NCBI GenBank assembly: GCA_905178155.1
Contig: CAJINV010000002.1
Span: 8,939,412-9,003,411 of the forward strand
DNA length: 64,000 bases
Reading direction: 5' to 3'
Source of the DNA: Amoebophrya sp. A120
Lineage: Eukaryota; Protista; Dinoflagellata
Part shown: positions 48,082 through 63,331 of the stretch, piece by piece
Numbering within the stretch: the first letter of the stretch is position 1
Layout of the letters: every line of letters begins with the position of its first letter
Notes under the pieces: generated by a model
Seen by the model: only the letters and a program-made list of their open reading frames with translations
What the model was told of the DNA's origin: nothing
Databases searched by the model: none
Position numbers and translations under genes: made by a program

Positions 48082-51000
48082 TTATCCACCAAAGAGTCGA
48101 CTTTTTTCATCTGCATCCGTGACCAGCAGGCTCTGCATCCATTCCGCGCTCCCAGGCGGAATTGCAATCGTCCGACCCAAGCGACTGTTGTCGGCAGTCT
48201 CGTCTATTGCCACCAGAACGCCCTCCAGCACGTCCGAATAGTACGGGCAAGTGGGTTGTGCTGCTTTCGAAGTTGTCGCACCGCCGTTGCCTGCCTTCTT
48301 ATGCGCTAAATCGCTGTTCTGTTCCTTATCGAGTAACTGTCGCCAGAGGGGTAAGATCCAGTGCCACAGAAGCGCGCTGCCCGGCTGGCGGTACAGCTTC
48401 TCGGCAAAGCGGACAGTCGCTTTTTGTCGCTTTTGGGCTGGAGTCAGTGGTGCTGCCTTGCCCCTAGTACTCCCAACCGGTTTAAGAGCGAACAAAGCGG
48501 GCGACGACGCAGGATCTCTCCTGGTCACGGCAAAGGTTTGTAGGCTCACGCAAAATGCTTTGAACTCCTGAAACAGTCTCGTCTCTGCTGGGTCAGCTGG
48601 CTTTCTGCGAACGTTTCCGTGCTGATGTCCAGCAGCTGCAGATGCATTTTTTTCAGCAGCTGTTGGAAACGTACTCGTTGCTGTATTTTTTGCGGAAGAT
48701 ACTTCTAACAACACCATCTTGCGGATAATTCTCTCCAATGCCGCATTCGCTCGTCGCTTGTCTTGCTGGGTCACGGCGTTCAGTAACGTGGCAAACTCTT
48801 CGGAAGAAGAACTTCCCAGTGATTCTCCGGCTGTGCTGTTCCCACGACCTCGGAAGAAATTCAGCTCTGTCTCGCTACTGCAACTTGCCGTTACAAACGT
48901 GCCCGCTGCGGCGTTCCAAGAAAGATGCTGTTTTCCCACTAAAAGAAACGGTGTGCAGGCTGGAAGCCGCGAAAAGCCAAGGCGAACTGTTGCGTGGCCG
49001 CCTGGGGAACTACCGGTTGTTGTACTCTGCGCGACTACATCCTCGACAACCCCGGCTTTGCTCAGCAAACTTCTTACATTCGTTTGAAAATGCAGCGTGA
49101 TCGGTTCTGGAGGCGGCGCAGCTTGGTTTCTACTTCTGGCTTGATTTTTTCCCGTTTTCAGCGTCTCCTTCGGATCCACCGCTTCCTCCGGCATTTGCAG
49201 CCCGTTGTAGTTCCAGCAATACACAAACCCGCCGGTCGTCAGGATCATGAACCGTTTCTCGCACGCGGACACCTGGACCTGTTCCTGTCCGAACGGCACA
49301 CCAGCGCTTTCGCTGTTCTGCAGACGATTTCCGTAGAACTCGGGCAGCACGGTCTTCAGCGCGATCGGTAACCCGGTCTGGGTGTGGAACACTTGGAAAT
49401 AAATGAAGCCGTCACTCTCCTCCACACTGTAAACGTTAAACTTCGCAGCACGGTACACAAACACGGTAAGTATCTTCGAGGCGAAGATTTTTAGCACGCG
49501 GATGTCCTTTTCCACCGGTTCCAGCCACACCGGGTCGTGCTGGTGCAGGCCAACCAGCCTGTGGTTCTCGTAGCAGATCGTCCAGTCCGGATCCCCTTCG
49601 GCCGTCACGGCCAAAGCAGCGGAGGTCGGTGGGGTCGTTTGGGGGCTGGGTGCGAATGTAGTCGATGAACTGGCATTGATTTCGTGGCTCGTGGGACCTA
49701 CTCCGCTGCCGTTGCGGCACCGGTTCCGTGTCCGCAGAACTTTCTCGACTAACGCCTGCCCGTAGTCTCGTTCCCCGTCGTCGGTTGATGAAGCTGCTGG
49801 CGCGGCAGCAGGAGGGGAAGCAATTGCTTCGCAGACTGCTTCGAGCTGGGCCCGGACCTCAGCGTACGACTGCTTTTCTGGATACAGCAATGCATGTAGG
49901 TACTCGTCCGGAATAGGCAAAAGCTCGGATGCGCTACTATCGGATTTTGCAGCCGACCCCTTTCCCCGGGCCGTACGGTGAATGTGGTGGAGCAGCAACT
50001 CCCGAAGCGCCACTTCGTGAGCCACATACGGATCTTGCACTGTCGTGGAAGCTCCGGATAGGTGGTAGTTTTCTGCCTCAGTGTCCGATGGCGCGCCCCC
50101 GGGGCCAGTTTGTCCCTCTGCGAAAATCTTCTTCTCGTTTTTTTTGAGCCAACCAGCACTAGCAGTATCTTCTTGTTGTACAGCGCCATAGTTTTTTTCC
50201 GTACCACCTTTAGTGCGTCCACTGTTCAACACTTTTTCAAAAACCGCACGGAGTTTCTGCTTCCTGCGCTCAACAAGCTCTGTGTCCGTCGATGCTGAGT
50301 CCGGTTTTTCTGCATCGTACTTGCTGGCGCGGTTCTTCGCGAGCGCAACGTCTCCTGCAAGATGCTCCGTTTTCGCATTCGCTTTTTCCTCCCGCTGCCG
50401 GCGATACCGTTCCGCTTGCAGCTCGTGCACAATCTCGCTCCGGATGTGCGACACCTCGGCCTCTGTGAGGTGGTCGACGGCGATATGAAAAGGAAAAATC
50501 CCCCCCTCCCCATATCAAAAAGGAAACCTGTGATGCTGGATTTGCGCACACAAATGAGATTTGTATTGCAGGAAGGCATTGCGGTCAGATCCCCAGGCTA
50601 GGTAGGGGCGTATGGGTCTACTTGTTCAGCATTGCAAACGGCTGACCTTTAGGCCCAGCAGCATGACAAATCGCTCCCATAATGGGGCGGAAGCTTCTGC
50701 CCTTGTCTTCTTGCTAGACAAATGTGATTTGTGACCTCAAATCAGCAGCGCAAATTTTCGGAAAGATACCTTTTCGATATGGGGAGGGGGGATTTTTCCT
50801 CTCAATAGGCGAAACTTTTCGCAGCGTCCGACAGAAGATCTTTTAGCTCGCTCAACTCTCGCCCTTCTCTCCGCGTGGGCTGTCGCAGCTCTGACACCGC
50901 TGCACCAGACGCGAAGGACGCGTCTTGGTTGGACGAAAGCGAGGGGAAAGATCGAGACTTACCCGACACTCCGGCCTCGTGACGCTCCGCAGCCAGCAGA

Positions 51001-51718
51001 ATCTGCTGCAGTTTCTTTTCCTTTTCCTCCCGAGATGCGATGGAAACGAAAACGCTGCGGTCTTCGTCTGCTTTGAAAGGGGTGCTCCCTGCCCGTTCCA
51101 ACTCTGCTTTGTCGATGAATTCAGGCAGCCGGAGCAGCCCCGTCGCTGCGTCATAGGTTTCGTGATACAGGTCCAGCTTCTCCTCCTCCCGCCGACGGGC
51201 GAATGCCAGGCCCTTCTGTTCAAGCGACGCAGTTCCGGCCAGAGAGGCTCCCAACTGCGGCGCTGCGGCGTCTTTGCCGAGCTTCGTGCCGTCGGAAAAC
51301 AGCACATCGTGCACGCTGGGCGCTTCGCCACGTCTCACCGCCTCACGCTTCGCTTCGTTCTGAAAGATTTCACATGATTCACTTGCTGACAATGAGCATT
51401 TCTTTGCATGCTATTTCGGTGGCTCCCAAGTTGTTCAAAAGAATTCAATGCGCCTACTGAAGATGTTATGAAGTTATTGTATGATGACTCGCTTCCGGAC
51501 TAATGCTACGGCTAGTACAACAAGAAATATAAGTGTGCAAGCCTTGTAAGTACCTGCTTCACTCGTTCGTCGACATCAGGGAAAATAGGTTTTCCGAATT
51601 CGTGAGCCTTGCTGCCTCCCCCTCCGCCAAGCACCACGCCCGGACCATCAGAATCGTCAGAATCCTCTTCGATCACATCTGCCACTACCCGCCGTTTCGC
51701 AACTCGGTTTGTGGCCAT
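48082..51718 (-). CDS. Hypothetical protein with a region resembling the HIRA C-terminal (Hira) domain
   Basis: Exons 51718-51554; GT-AG intron 51360-51553; exon to ~50808; TIR element; exon to 48082. Segment VFHTQTGLPIALKTVL...FMILTTGGFVYCWN recalls the Hira domain; no N-terminal WD40 seen. Gene model solid, product tentative. Confidence 0.55.
50484..50807. mobile_element. Introner-like element (324 bp), TAT...ATA
   Basis: TIR TATGAAAAGGAAAAATCCCCCCTCCCCATATC / GATATGGGGAGGGGGGATTTTTCCTCTCAATA; direct repeat GGCGA; removal of 329 nt gives KSFAVDHLTEAEVSH. Confidence 0.92.
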
Positions 51719-52869
51719 CGTGTTTGCTTGCGACGTGTGAAATTATATGAGGGACACGATTACGTCTGTATTGATGAAATGAGATGAAACACCTTTACTT
51801 CGGCCGCCATAGTAAGCAAGTAACTCTACGTACTGCTAGGTAGTGGCAATCGCCACGAGCGCCACTAAAAAAAAATTGTTCGTCCAAGAATAGCTTACAT
51901 TCGTATCGTAGACATATTACACAGTAGCCTGGAGGTCGTACATGTGTTGCTAGCTGGAGATCACGGAAGTCGTGCGATCCAATGCAACGACAAAGTCGTT
52001 ACTTTGCTGAAGTGACAAAGGAAGAGCCAATAGCGTTATGCACACGACACAGATCGTTGAACTTGCGATCGGAAAGCGAAGATGGAAGAAATATTTCAAA
52101 AAGATCACTCCGGACCGAATTCTTACCACTCACTGCGCGATCAATTTGCCGCAGCGGAGACCTGTCGTGTCAAAGACCCTTTTTTTTCCGGCCACACTGC
52201 TGAGCGTCTCATTCTCCAACATGTACATACTTTTATTCAAAAACCACTGCTGCGATAATTTTTGCGTCGCGTCGAGTAAAATCATTGACCTGGATCAAAG
52301 CCAGGCTCAGTTCCTGCGATAAGCAACATAAACGCTGCAGCTATCTTTGCATCCAACGGCAAAATTGGATACTGCTCCTTCATGGTGATGTGATACGAAA
52401 GCGATAGATTCTCAGAATAGGTATTTTTTGACTGTTCTAGGTGACATTAAACATTTTTAAACTTTTCAACGTTGCGCTGCGTTTTTTCTCCGTGCGCTTG
52501 CTCCCAACGAGATTACTTCTACATCCGCGTACAAACTGTTGCCGAAGCCGCATGCACTTCTCGTGCTTTCGCGTTGTTCCTTCGACATTCATTCGACTGG
52601 CGCCCGGCTCGTGATAGATCACGGGCATACGAAATTGAATGTCATCCCAGCCGCGTGCGAAGAAAGAGCACCACAGGCGCATCGGCATCACGAAGAGCAC
52701 AAATGCGAGAGTAAAAGTGCCGTGCGTCCGTACACTCCACCGTAACCGTAGCCGTACGCAGTTCCGACCATGCAGCACCGCACGTCTCTTTCCCTGCTAG
52801 AAGTAGAAGTAAGTAAATACACGCCGGAATTTTTGTAGAAGAGTCCTCATCTCGTCCGTCAAAAATTTC

Positions 52870-55433
<2,564 letters not shown>

Positions 55434-56112
55434 TTTCTGCTGCTGAAATGGAAAAGAAGCAAGTACTTGTTGTGGGAAAAACGATCGACTTTTCTTGGAA
55501 GAAGTAAAACTAGAAAAACACTTGAAACGGCAAAACTCTAGTACTTTGCGAACTTCAGATAATGCTGACGATATTAGCACTGGCGGAGTTTCGGAAATAG
55601 TACTCTTGCGTCCTTCGAAAGAAGCCAACTGCGAGTAGCACCTACGCGCTTGGCGCACGAATCGTATTTTTACTTTCTGCTCATTACAAAGGCGCCCAAG
55701 AAGTCTTGTGCTGATCATAAACCTCTATCCTATATTTTTCGATTTGAATGCATTTCTTGGAAATTTTTATGCATCCGAAGAACCACAAACGAGCCTTTTC
55801 ATAAGTTGGCGGGAATTTCTTTTGCGCGATCTGTTGGATCTGTTTTTGACAACGAACGTCGAGTAAAGAATATCAGATCTTTTGCCGCACTGCACTGGAA
55901 AAAAGATCTTTTCGGCAGGAAAAGACAGACCTCAATGAGCAGTCGGTTAGGAGATAAAGATCCTGTATGCTTTGATCTTTTCGTCGGAATGACAAGGAAG
56001 ACACCTGTCGCACAACTCTAGAAAAGTTTACTTCGTTACTCCTTCTGTTGGAAATACGCACGAGCGCTCGAACAGACTCTAGTTGCACCCGAGCAACCAC
56101 ATTCTCCTCCCA

Positions 56113-57938
56113 CTACCCCTCAGCGCGACCTATTTGCAATTTCATAAAGACCACGTCCTCGCCTGAAAGAGATGACCCACCGTTCACAGCAGTGTGTTTT
56201 GTTTTGCTTTGCGAAGGAACTGCAACAGCATTGTCCAGTAGTGCGCTTTTTGCGAACTCGTACGCGCCGAAGAAGATAAAGCCTCCCGCCCCGACCCACA
56301 AAACCCGCGGGACCACGCCGCAAAAGAGAGCACTGAATCCTTCCTCCGCTACGATCTTCCGCAGCATGCCCCGCATCGTCATGTCGCGAATTTGTCTCGT
56401 CTTCGCCGTCATCAGCCTTGTTTTCGCAACGTCCATAGGGCACGTGAAAAAGGCCGCGATCGCGCCTCCGAAACTGCCGCACGCTGCGCCGATGTATCAA
56501 AGTGAAAAAAGCCCCCACCCCAAAGCAAAATGGAAATTTGTGATGCTGATTTGCGGTCACAAATCGCGTTGTAATGCTAGAATGGAAGAGATGCGGACTG
56601 TAGTGCTGGCTGCCGCAGAAACGCCTTGCGGCTTTGGCATGACAGAAATTTCCTGGAAACGGGAAACAGCATAACAAACTGCCTCCAAACGAGGGAACAA
56701 CTACGTCTCTTGGCCTTCTAGCAATACAAATCGATTTGTGTACTCAAATACAGCAACACAGATTTCGTTTTCGATATGGGGAGGGGGGATTTTTCCTCAC
56801 AATACGATGAGCGGGTTGAGTTCCGCGACGGACCTATCCTATGTAAAAACGTACCCACCCCAGAGTTGTCATGCAATTCTGCATGCCAAAAAAGTTTCTC
56901 ATGTAGAGCCCTATGAGAAGCATTTTCTATTTATGTTTTGGAATTTGTTATGCTAGAATCAGTATTGTAGGCTAGATCTGTAATGCTTCTGAGCTAGCGA
57001 AACAGGATTACACTACGAGGACAAACTTGTCATGCCAAACGACCAAAGCTGTGTGATTTGTCTAGCAGATTTGCCAACGTGACTCTGGTGTGGGTACGTT
57101 TTTACTCAGGATAGGACCCGCACTTCCACACATTCACAGCGAGATGGAGTTTCAGCCCTTCGTAAATCGGAAACTGGATGAATGCAAACGGAACCTCCCG
57201 TGCGATGGTGGAGGATAAGCCCGCGTAGAACCCGCGCACTGAGCCCCGCCCGTTCCCGTCGAAAATCATCTGCGCGGTTTGCGATAGGGATTTCTCGGCG
57301 GTCACCTGCATCTTCTGCTTGATGTTTTCAGTCGGCACTCGAATCAAACAAGCAGCAATTTCCCCGGACGCCGCCGCCGTGGAATGCGCAAGCCACGAGT
57401 ATTTGCTGCTGAAGTGCATGGTGGAACTTTGCTCGATAGAAATTGGAGGTGTTTTCTTTCCGCTAGAGGAAGCAGTTGCTCCATCATGCTGTTGTCGCTC
57501 GTCGTGTGAACAGCCTTCGGCAACACCACTTTCCTGTCGCATTCGCTCATCAAACGCGTCCGCTCCCCCGTTATATCGGTGTTTGTACTTCTCATTCAAG
57601 TCATTTCGCCACTGCAAATGCCGCGGTGCGGTCACTGCAGTACTATTATTCCCAGTCGATAATTGCCTCGCGCTCGGCTTCACGGTCCAGTACTCGATTG
57701 CGGAGAGTAGTTTCGGTTTTAGGAATTCGTACGTGGCGAAAAACAGGGCGGCATTGGGCCACGATCCGATCGCCGTGATGGACAAGCCTCGGTAGATGCC
57801 GCTGAAGCCACCGCTTTTCCAGAAACCGTCTTTCGCCTGGAGACGTGTCTTCAGCGTGTCCATGGGGAACAGGGCAACGTCCACCGTCGTGCCGGCAAAG
57901 CCCCCGGCCAGAAGTGCAGTTTGTGTATCGACCGTCAT
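56113..57938 (-). CDS. Mitochondrial carrier, S-adenosylmethionine transporter-like (SLC25A26/Pet8)
   Basis: FPMDTLKTRLQ, RVPTENIKQKMQ, REVPFAFIQFPIYE, CPMDVAKTRLM, PRVLWVGAGGFIFFGAYE; two TIR elements flank a micro-exon. Confidence 0.92.
56495..56804. mobile_element. Introner-like element (310 bp), related to 50484-50807
   Basis: TAT...ATA ends; right TIR TTTTCGATATGGGGAGGGGGGATTTTTCCTC near-identical to 50771-50801; direct repeat CGATG; removal gives NPLIGAACGSFGG. Confidence 0.92.
56835..57113. mobile_element. Introner-like element (279 bp), related to 34273-36066
   Basis: TIR TATCCTATGTAAAAACGTACCCACCCCAGAGT / ACTCTGGTGTGGGTACGTTTTTACTCAGGATA; direct repeat GGACC; removal gives WKCGSVAELNP. 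Confidence 0.92.
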
Positions 57939-59595
57939 GGCTGAGTTCTCACGCACAAGTCCGCGTTCGCGTCATCTCTATACTGCGACAAGTACGCAAA
58001 GCGCGGATGTTGACGACTTTTCTTGTGTGCGGAACTTCTTGTTTGACGAGACTTCATGAAGCAATGCACACTCACGACCAACAAGAGACAAAACAAGATG
58101 CGGATGTAACGCAGAAAAAAGCGACATATCCGAAGCAGATGCGCCCAGACTTTTTGGGCGCCACGGCAACACGGCGGACCGAGCTAAATGCTTGAACACC
58201 ATCGCATTGAAAAAAAATGTGCTTCCACAGGTGGCATACCGCCAGGCGTGCAGCTTGCGCTTCGTGACCAAACGCAAAGAAATCACTGACAGATTGAGCA
58301 TTTGAAAAGCTGGCTCAGAAGAGCGCAAGTTGTGCTTCTGCGCTGTACATCCAATGTGTCTCGATGTGTACATAGCATACTCGGCGTCGGAGGTAGGAGG
58401 TTATACTTGGGGGGTAAGTACATTTCAAGATTTCGTAGAAGAGTCTCAAACTTGTTGTGCGAATGTTGACAAAAAATTCTCCCGTACAGACTTGAAACTA
58501 TTTCCTCCACGGAAGGATGTCGGCAGAAAAGCTCCAAATCCTATTTCCAAAATCACCGCAACGCTCCATGAGAGAGATTTTTAATTGTCTAGAAGCGGCA
58601 TACATGATGTCTTGTCGCCTCCATCAAAATCCACATATGTCGCTTTCGGAGAGCTGCACTTTCGCTGTTTTAAGAGTGAAACGGGTGAAATCTCAGCTAC
58701 ATAAAGTACTTACTACCAAATCCTGCTCTTCTTTTTTGCATCACAGCATCACTATCCCAAAACCTCCTGCTCTAGCCTCCACGTGGCTTTTCGTTCGGAA
58801 ACAGAAATGCTTCCTCATGATATTACCCAAAATCCATCATTTTGCATTTACTGTCGTACGGAAGACTTCTTTCCGTTCCCCCAATGTTGCTTTTATTTGC
58901 TTGCTTTTTTTCGAGATCAGATAGTAAAACTAACAGTGCGCAGTAGTTGAGCGATGTGCTATGAAAAGTAATCAAGTTGTTCTGAGCTAAATTGGTGTTG
59001 TCCTAGATAGTATACAAGGACCAGAGTTAGGACCAGTCCAAAATCATACTTCAGTGCCGCGGCTCCGATTGCACGCACAGCTGCCCAGAGTCGTCCCTAC
59101 CTGCAACCAAGGCCGCGGCTTCGCTCCGAAGATGCGCTTCAAAACTTTGAAGCATCTTCGTTCTTTCGGGGGCGCTCGTGGCTTCTTTGTTTACCCCTAG
59201 AACGAACGTCTTAGCTGCCAATACATACGTATACAGAAGCGATAGTCAGATAAAATCAGAATAATGTCAGGTTTAATTCCTAGTCGACACAAACTTCTCC
59301 GATAAAAAAACTGTGATCTGTGGTCTGAAGCAAGCATACTACTATTCAAGGCACGCTCGACTACTCACGCGCGACGTGTTGTAGTCGAGACTCGTTTTTT
59401 CGCCGCGATATCTTGCTCCGCGAGACAAACAGAAACAGCACGCAAGGAAAACCTTGATCATCTCGGAAGAAGAATCACATTTGATTTATCCCTGGTGCTA
59501 CTCCTGCAGTCCGTAGAATAAGTAACTTCTTCTGTGCACGATCAGTTTCCCTTCGCCGAAAGTTTCTTTTTTTCCTTTCGCTTCTCACCACAAAC

Positions 59596-62330
59596 CTAGA
59601 TGAGATCCGCGATGTCCATCGGCATCTCGTCAATCTGGGTGTGGTAGTGGTTTTCGATGTCCTTCATGTGACGAGCGTCCTGGTTGGTGACAAAGTTGAT
59701 GGCGACACCCTTACGACCGAAACGACCGGATCGACCGATACGGTGCAAGTAGTTCTCGATGTTGGCCGGCAAATCGTAGTTGATCACCAGAGAGACCTGC
59801 TGCACATCGATACCTGGTATGACGTAAATGATTGTATTTCTATTTCGATCGGATATTGCAACGTTCGAGAATAACAGCAGAGCATTCTCATTATTTGCTC
59901 TTTTGAAAAATAAAAAAGAGCAACGCACAGCTAATACAACCGAAAAGTTCTTTATTACCTCGTGCCAACAAATCCGTGGAGATGAGGACGCGACTGGAGC
60001 CGGATCGGAACTCACGCATAATGCGGTCACGGTCCTTCTGGTCCAATTCGGCGTGCATGATGCTGATGGTGAAATCGCGCTGCGCCATCTTGTCAGCCAG
60101 CCAGTCGACCTTCCGACGCGTGTTGCAGTAGATAATCGCCTGCGTGATCGTCAACGTCTCGTAGAGGTCGCACAGCGTGTCTGTTTTTGTGAATTAGAGG
60201 GAACGTTTTTTGATTTCGAAAAAAACTCTAAAAATCCTCTTACATCTGCTGTATTTTGGTATGCTGTGTCTGAGGTAGGATTTTTATCTGAGCGCAATAC
60301 TAACTTTTAGAGAGTGAGCGGAGTTGTCCTTGTCAGCCAACGAGTGTACAATATTTAGAACGATCGGCATTTTGAAGTGGACATGTGCCCCCAGCAAAGA
60401 TCCGTCCGCCCGTTCGCAACTTTCATCACACAGAGAAAGAGTCAACACAGTTAATGGTGCAGGATCACACAAAAGGAGGAAAAGTGCGCAATAACATTCC
60501 GCTCCGAGGTGCAGTTCTAAATCAAGCACTTTTCATCCATTACCGTTCCAAACATCAGCCAACGAGTGTACAATCTTTAGAACGATCGGCATTTCATGCG
60601 CACGAGCGCACAATCCGTCCGCCCGTTCGCTAATTTGCATCACGGAGAATAAGCTACAGGAGTTGCGCAAGCGACAATTATAGACCCTGCCTACAACGCG
60701 CGCTTAAATCTGTTGGATCTACAAATTCAGCCAACGAGTGTACACATTCGAACAATCGGCATCTCATGTGAAAATCTCCACACGATCCGTCCGCCCGTTC
60801 GCTAAGTTTGCATCATTTAGAATCTCAGCGCAGCGAGAAACCAGCACTAGAAACAACTCTATCTCTCCCTGCAGACACACATCCTGCGCCACACCAGAAA
60901 TCATTCACAGTGTGTGAATAGACACATCCAGCGCCAAGCCCGTGTGATATAGTTTCAAAAAAAACATCAATAAAAATACCGAGCTTCCAGTCCTCCTTCT
61001 CGATGGCGATGTAGAACTGACGGATACCCTCCAAGGTCAATTCGTCCTTCTTGACCAGAATTCGCACCGGGTTGCGCATAAACTTCGATGTCAGGTCCAA
61101 AATATCCGGAGCCATGGTGGCGGAAAAGAGAGCGACTTGCACCTGGTATTTGAATTTGAGTGCAATTACGATACAACTGCGACTTTTTCCGTATCCAAAC
61201 CCGAGCGCGGCTAGCATCTAAAAAATGACCGAACGGTAAAACAATCGCATCACAAATCAACAATATGATACGTTCGGCGGGAGGAACTTGAAGATGTCAT
61301 AGATCTGCTCCTTGAACCCACGAGACAACATCTCATCGGCTTCATCCAAGACGAACAACTGGATGTCGTCGACCTTCAAATGGCGTTTCTGAATCATGTC
61401 CATGACACGACCCGGGGTCCCGACAATCAGCTGCTGGCCGTCGCGCAAACGCTCCAAGTCGTCGCGGATCACGGTACCTCCGATGCAGGCGTGGGAACGA
61501 ACCTTCAAGTAGTCTCCCAAAGCAAGGGCGACCTGTGAGTGGGAGAAGGGTGGGTGGTTTTTTGGAACATGTCAATGTCAAGATGTGCAAAAAGACCGCA
61601 AGTTCGCGTTTCAAATTTAGATTTCGTAGGCAGGCATGGGGAACTATTCATATCCGGCGCACTCCTTCCTGCGCAAGAGTCAAGACTCTTAACACCTCCG
61701 AGACGCCGGCTCAAAGTCGGCGGACGTCCCTAGAAAGCATTCTAAATCGAACCACGCGTGCCTGAAGTGCACTTTATGTACCTTTTGGATCTGCATGGCC
61801 AACTCACGCGTCGGCGCGAGGATGAGCACCTGGGTGGTGCGTTCTGCATAGTCGATCTTCTGCAGCGATCCAATCACGAACGTGGCGGTCTTACCGGTAC
61901 CTGAATTGTTTTCAGAGATTATAGATTGATGCTGCACTGTCAGATGGTTTCATGCAAAAAAAAGTTCCTCATGCAACCCTGTCATAGAAAAACCGCGAAG
62001 AAGATTATTTGAGAAACTATGCGATACCGGACTGGGCCTGCCCGATGGTGTCACGTCCGATCAGGAGCGGTTTGATACCGCGCTGCTGAATGGCGGAAGG
62101 CTTCTCGAAACCGTAAGAGTAGATACCTGTAATTGAAGTTTTGCATTGCAATCGAACATAGTCATCAAATTCAATAATAATCTGGGTCTGCGTACCATTT
62201 CTCACTATGGAAGCACTTCTGTTGAAAAAATTTATATACCGCGCAACAAGTTTTCGTGCAAGGGCAGGTCGTCGAAGGATTCAATGACTTCGTCGACATG
62301 CTCAGCGTCATCCTGTTTGTGCTCTCCCAT
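59596..62330 (-). CDS. eIF4A: Eukaryotic translation initiation factor 4A (7 exons)
   Basis: [48 protein letters not shown]. Exons 62330-62240, 62126-62028, 61900-61782, 61532-61272, 61142-60980, 60180-59959, 59813-59596, all GT-AG. Confidence 0.97.
60333..60429 (-). ncRNA. Box C/D snoRNA, U43/snR70-like, copy 1
   Basis: GTGATGA (box C), then GCGAACGGGCGGA-CGGA (D' guide antisense to the 18S CCGCCCGT(C)GC region), ATGCCGA (C'-like), TGTACACTCGTTGG-CTGA (box D); intronic, host sense. Confidence 0.8.
60555..60643 (-). ncRNA. Box C/D snoRNA, U43/snR70-like, copy 2
   Basis: Same guides and CTGA; box C variant GTGATGC. Confidence 0.75.
60727..60816 (-). ncRNA. Box C/D snoRNA, U43/snR70-like, copy 3
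   Basis: Same guides and CTGA; box C variant ATGATGC. Confidence 0.75.
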
Positions 62331-63331
62331 CTTGTTCTAAATGAGAAAGAATGCAATGCAAAGGTAGCTTTAAAGAGTCAGTCTCCGTTGATTTAGAGAC
62401 TAGCTGAAACTGAGTGTTAGGAAAAATTTGGTTCAAATGGTAGAAATGAATCAGAGAGGTACTTGGAATTATTCCCTCCTTAGTTCGGGTTTAGTCCGCA
62501 ATTCCGAAGTTAGAGAGCTTCAGTTTGCAAGGTCGCAGATCTTCAGAATGTAGAGAAATTTCGAAAGAGTTGAGGCCCTTTTCTAGAGCGCCTATACTAT
62601 CTTTTAAAGAACTTGTGGATCGTCACCCTTGCAGAAATTCTAAAGATTTCGGGCACAGGCTAGAAACAGCTTTGTAGTGTAATGGTATTCGCTTCGCGAA
62701 TTGAGCTCAAGTTTTCTTTAACTGGGTGGAATGATTGACGCTTTTCTTTTCATGGCAAGGTCTCAAACAGATTTCGGATCAATTTTCGAAAATTTAGATT
62801 CCAAAGTGCGGATCGCTCTTTCCTGAGTGTGGATCTTTAAATCCGAAGGGACGTAGCGATTTTGGATCCTGCGATTTCAGATTTCCACAACAACACTGGA
62901 AAGTCACTTTCTTCAGTACAGATTTGAGTTCGTTTCTCTGCTCCCTGGGCGTTGCTCATGTGATAAGTAGAGTTCCTCTGTTCATTCTATGTTTTTCTCT
63001 GTGGCTCAAAACGCCAAAATATGAAACCTTGCTAGCCCTGTACACGGACTTGCACTCGAAACTGAAAGATGACGCGGCGGTTTGTCGAATCTAAATCTAA
63101 ATCCTATCTTGATCAGCTTACACGAGTCTAAATCGCCAACGGCGAAAATCTCCCGCGGCGATCCGAAACGGGCGCAAATTTGTAATTTTGGTAGCGCAGG
63201 AGGGGTAGAAGGCCGTCCTTTGCTGCGTTTGCCATCCTTGATTCACTCGACCGCCCGGCGATAGTCGTACCCGCAAAATCTAAATTCTCAAAAGGCACTA
63301 GACTTCCTGACGCTACGTGCTTCGAAAAACC

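Noticed and set aside
60333-60816. Repeat-spacer pattern resembling a CRISPR array
   Set aside because: Eukaryotic intron, ~90-nt units with C/D boxes, irregular spacing and no cas genes.
63000-63022. TGGCTCAA resembling part of the dinoflagellate spliced leader
   Set aside because: Only 8 nt match and it is on the strand opposite to the genes.
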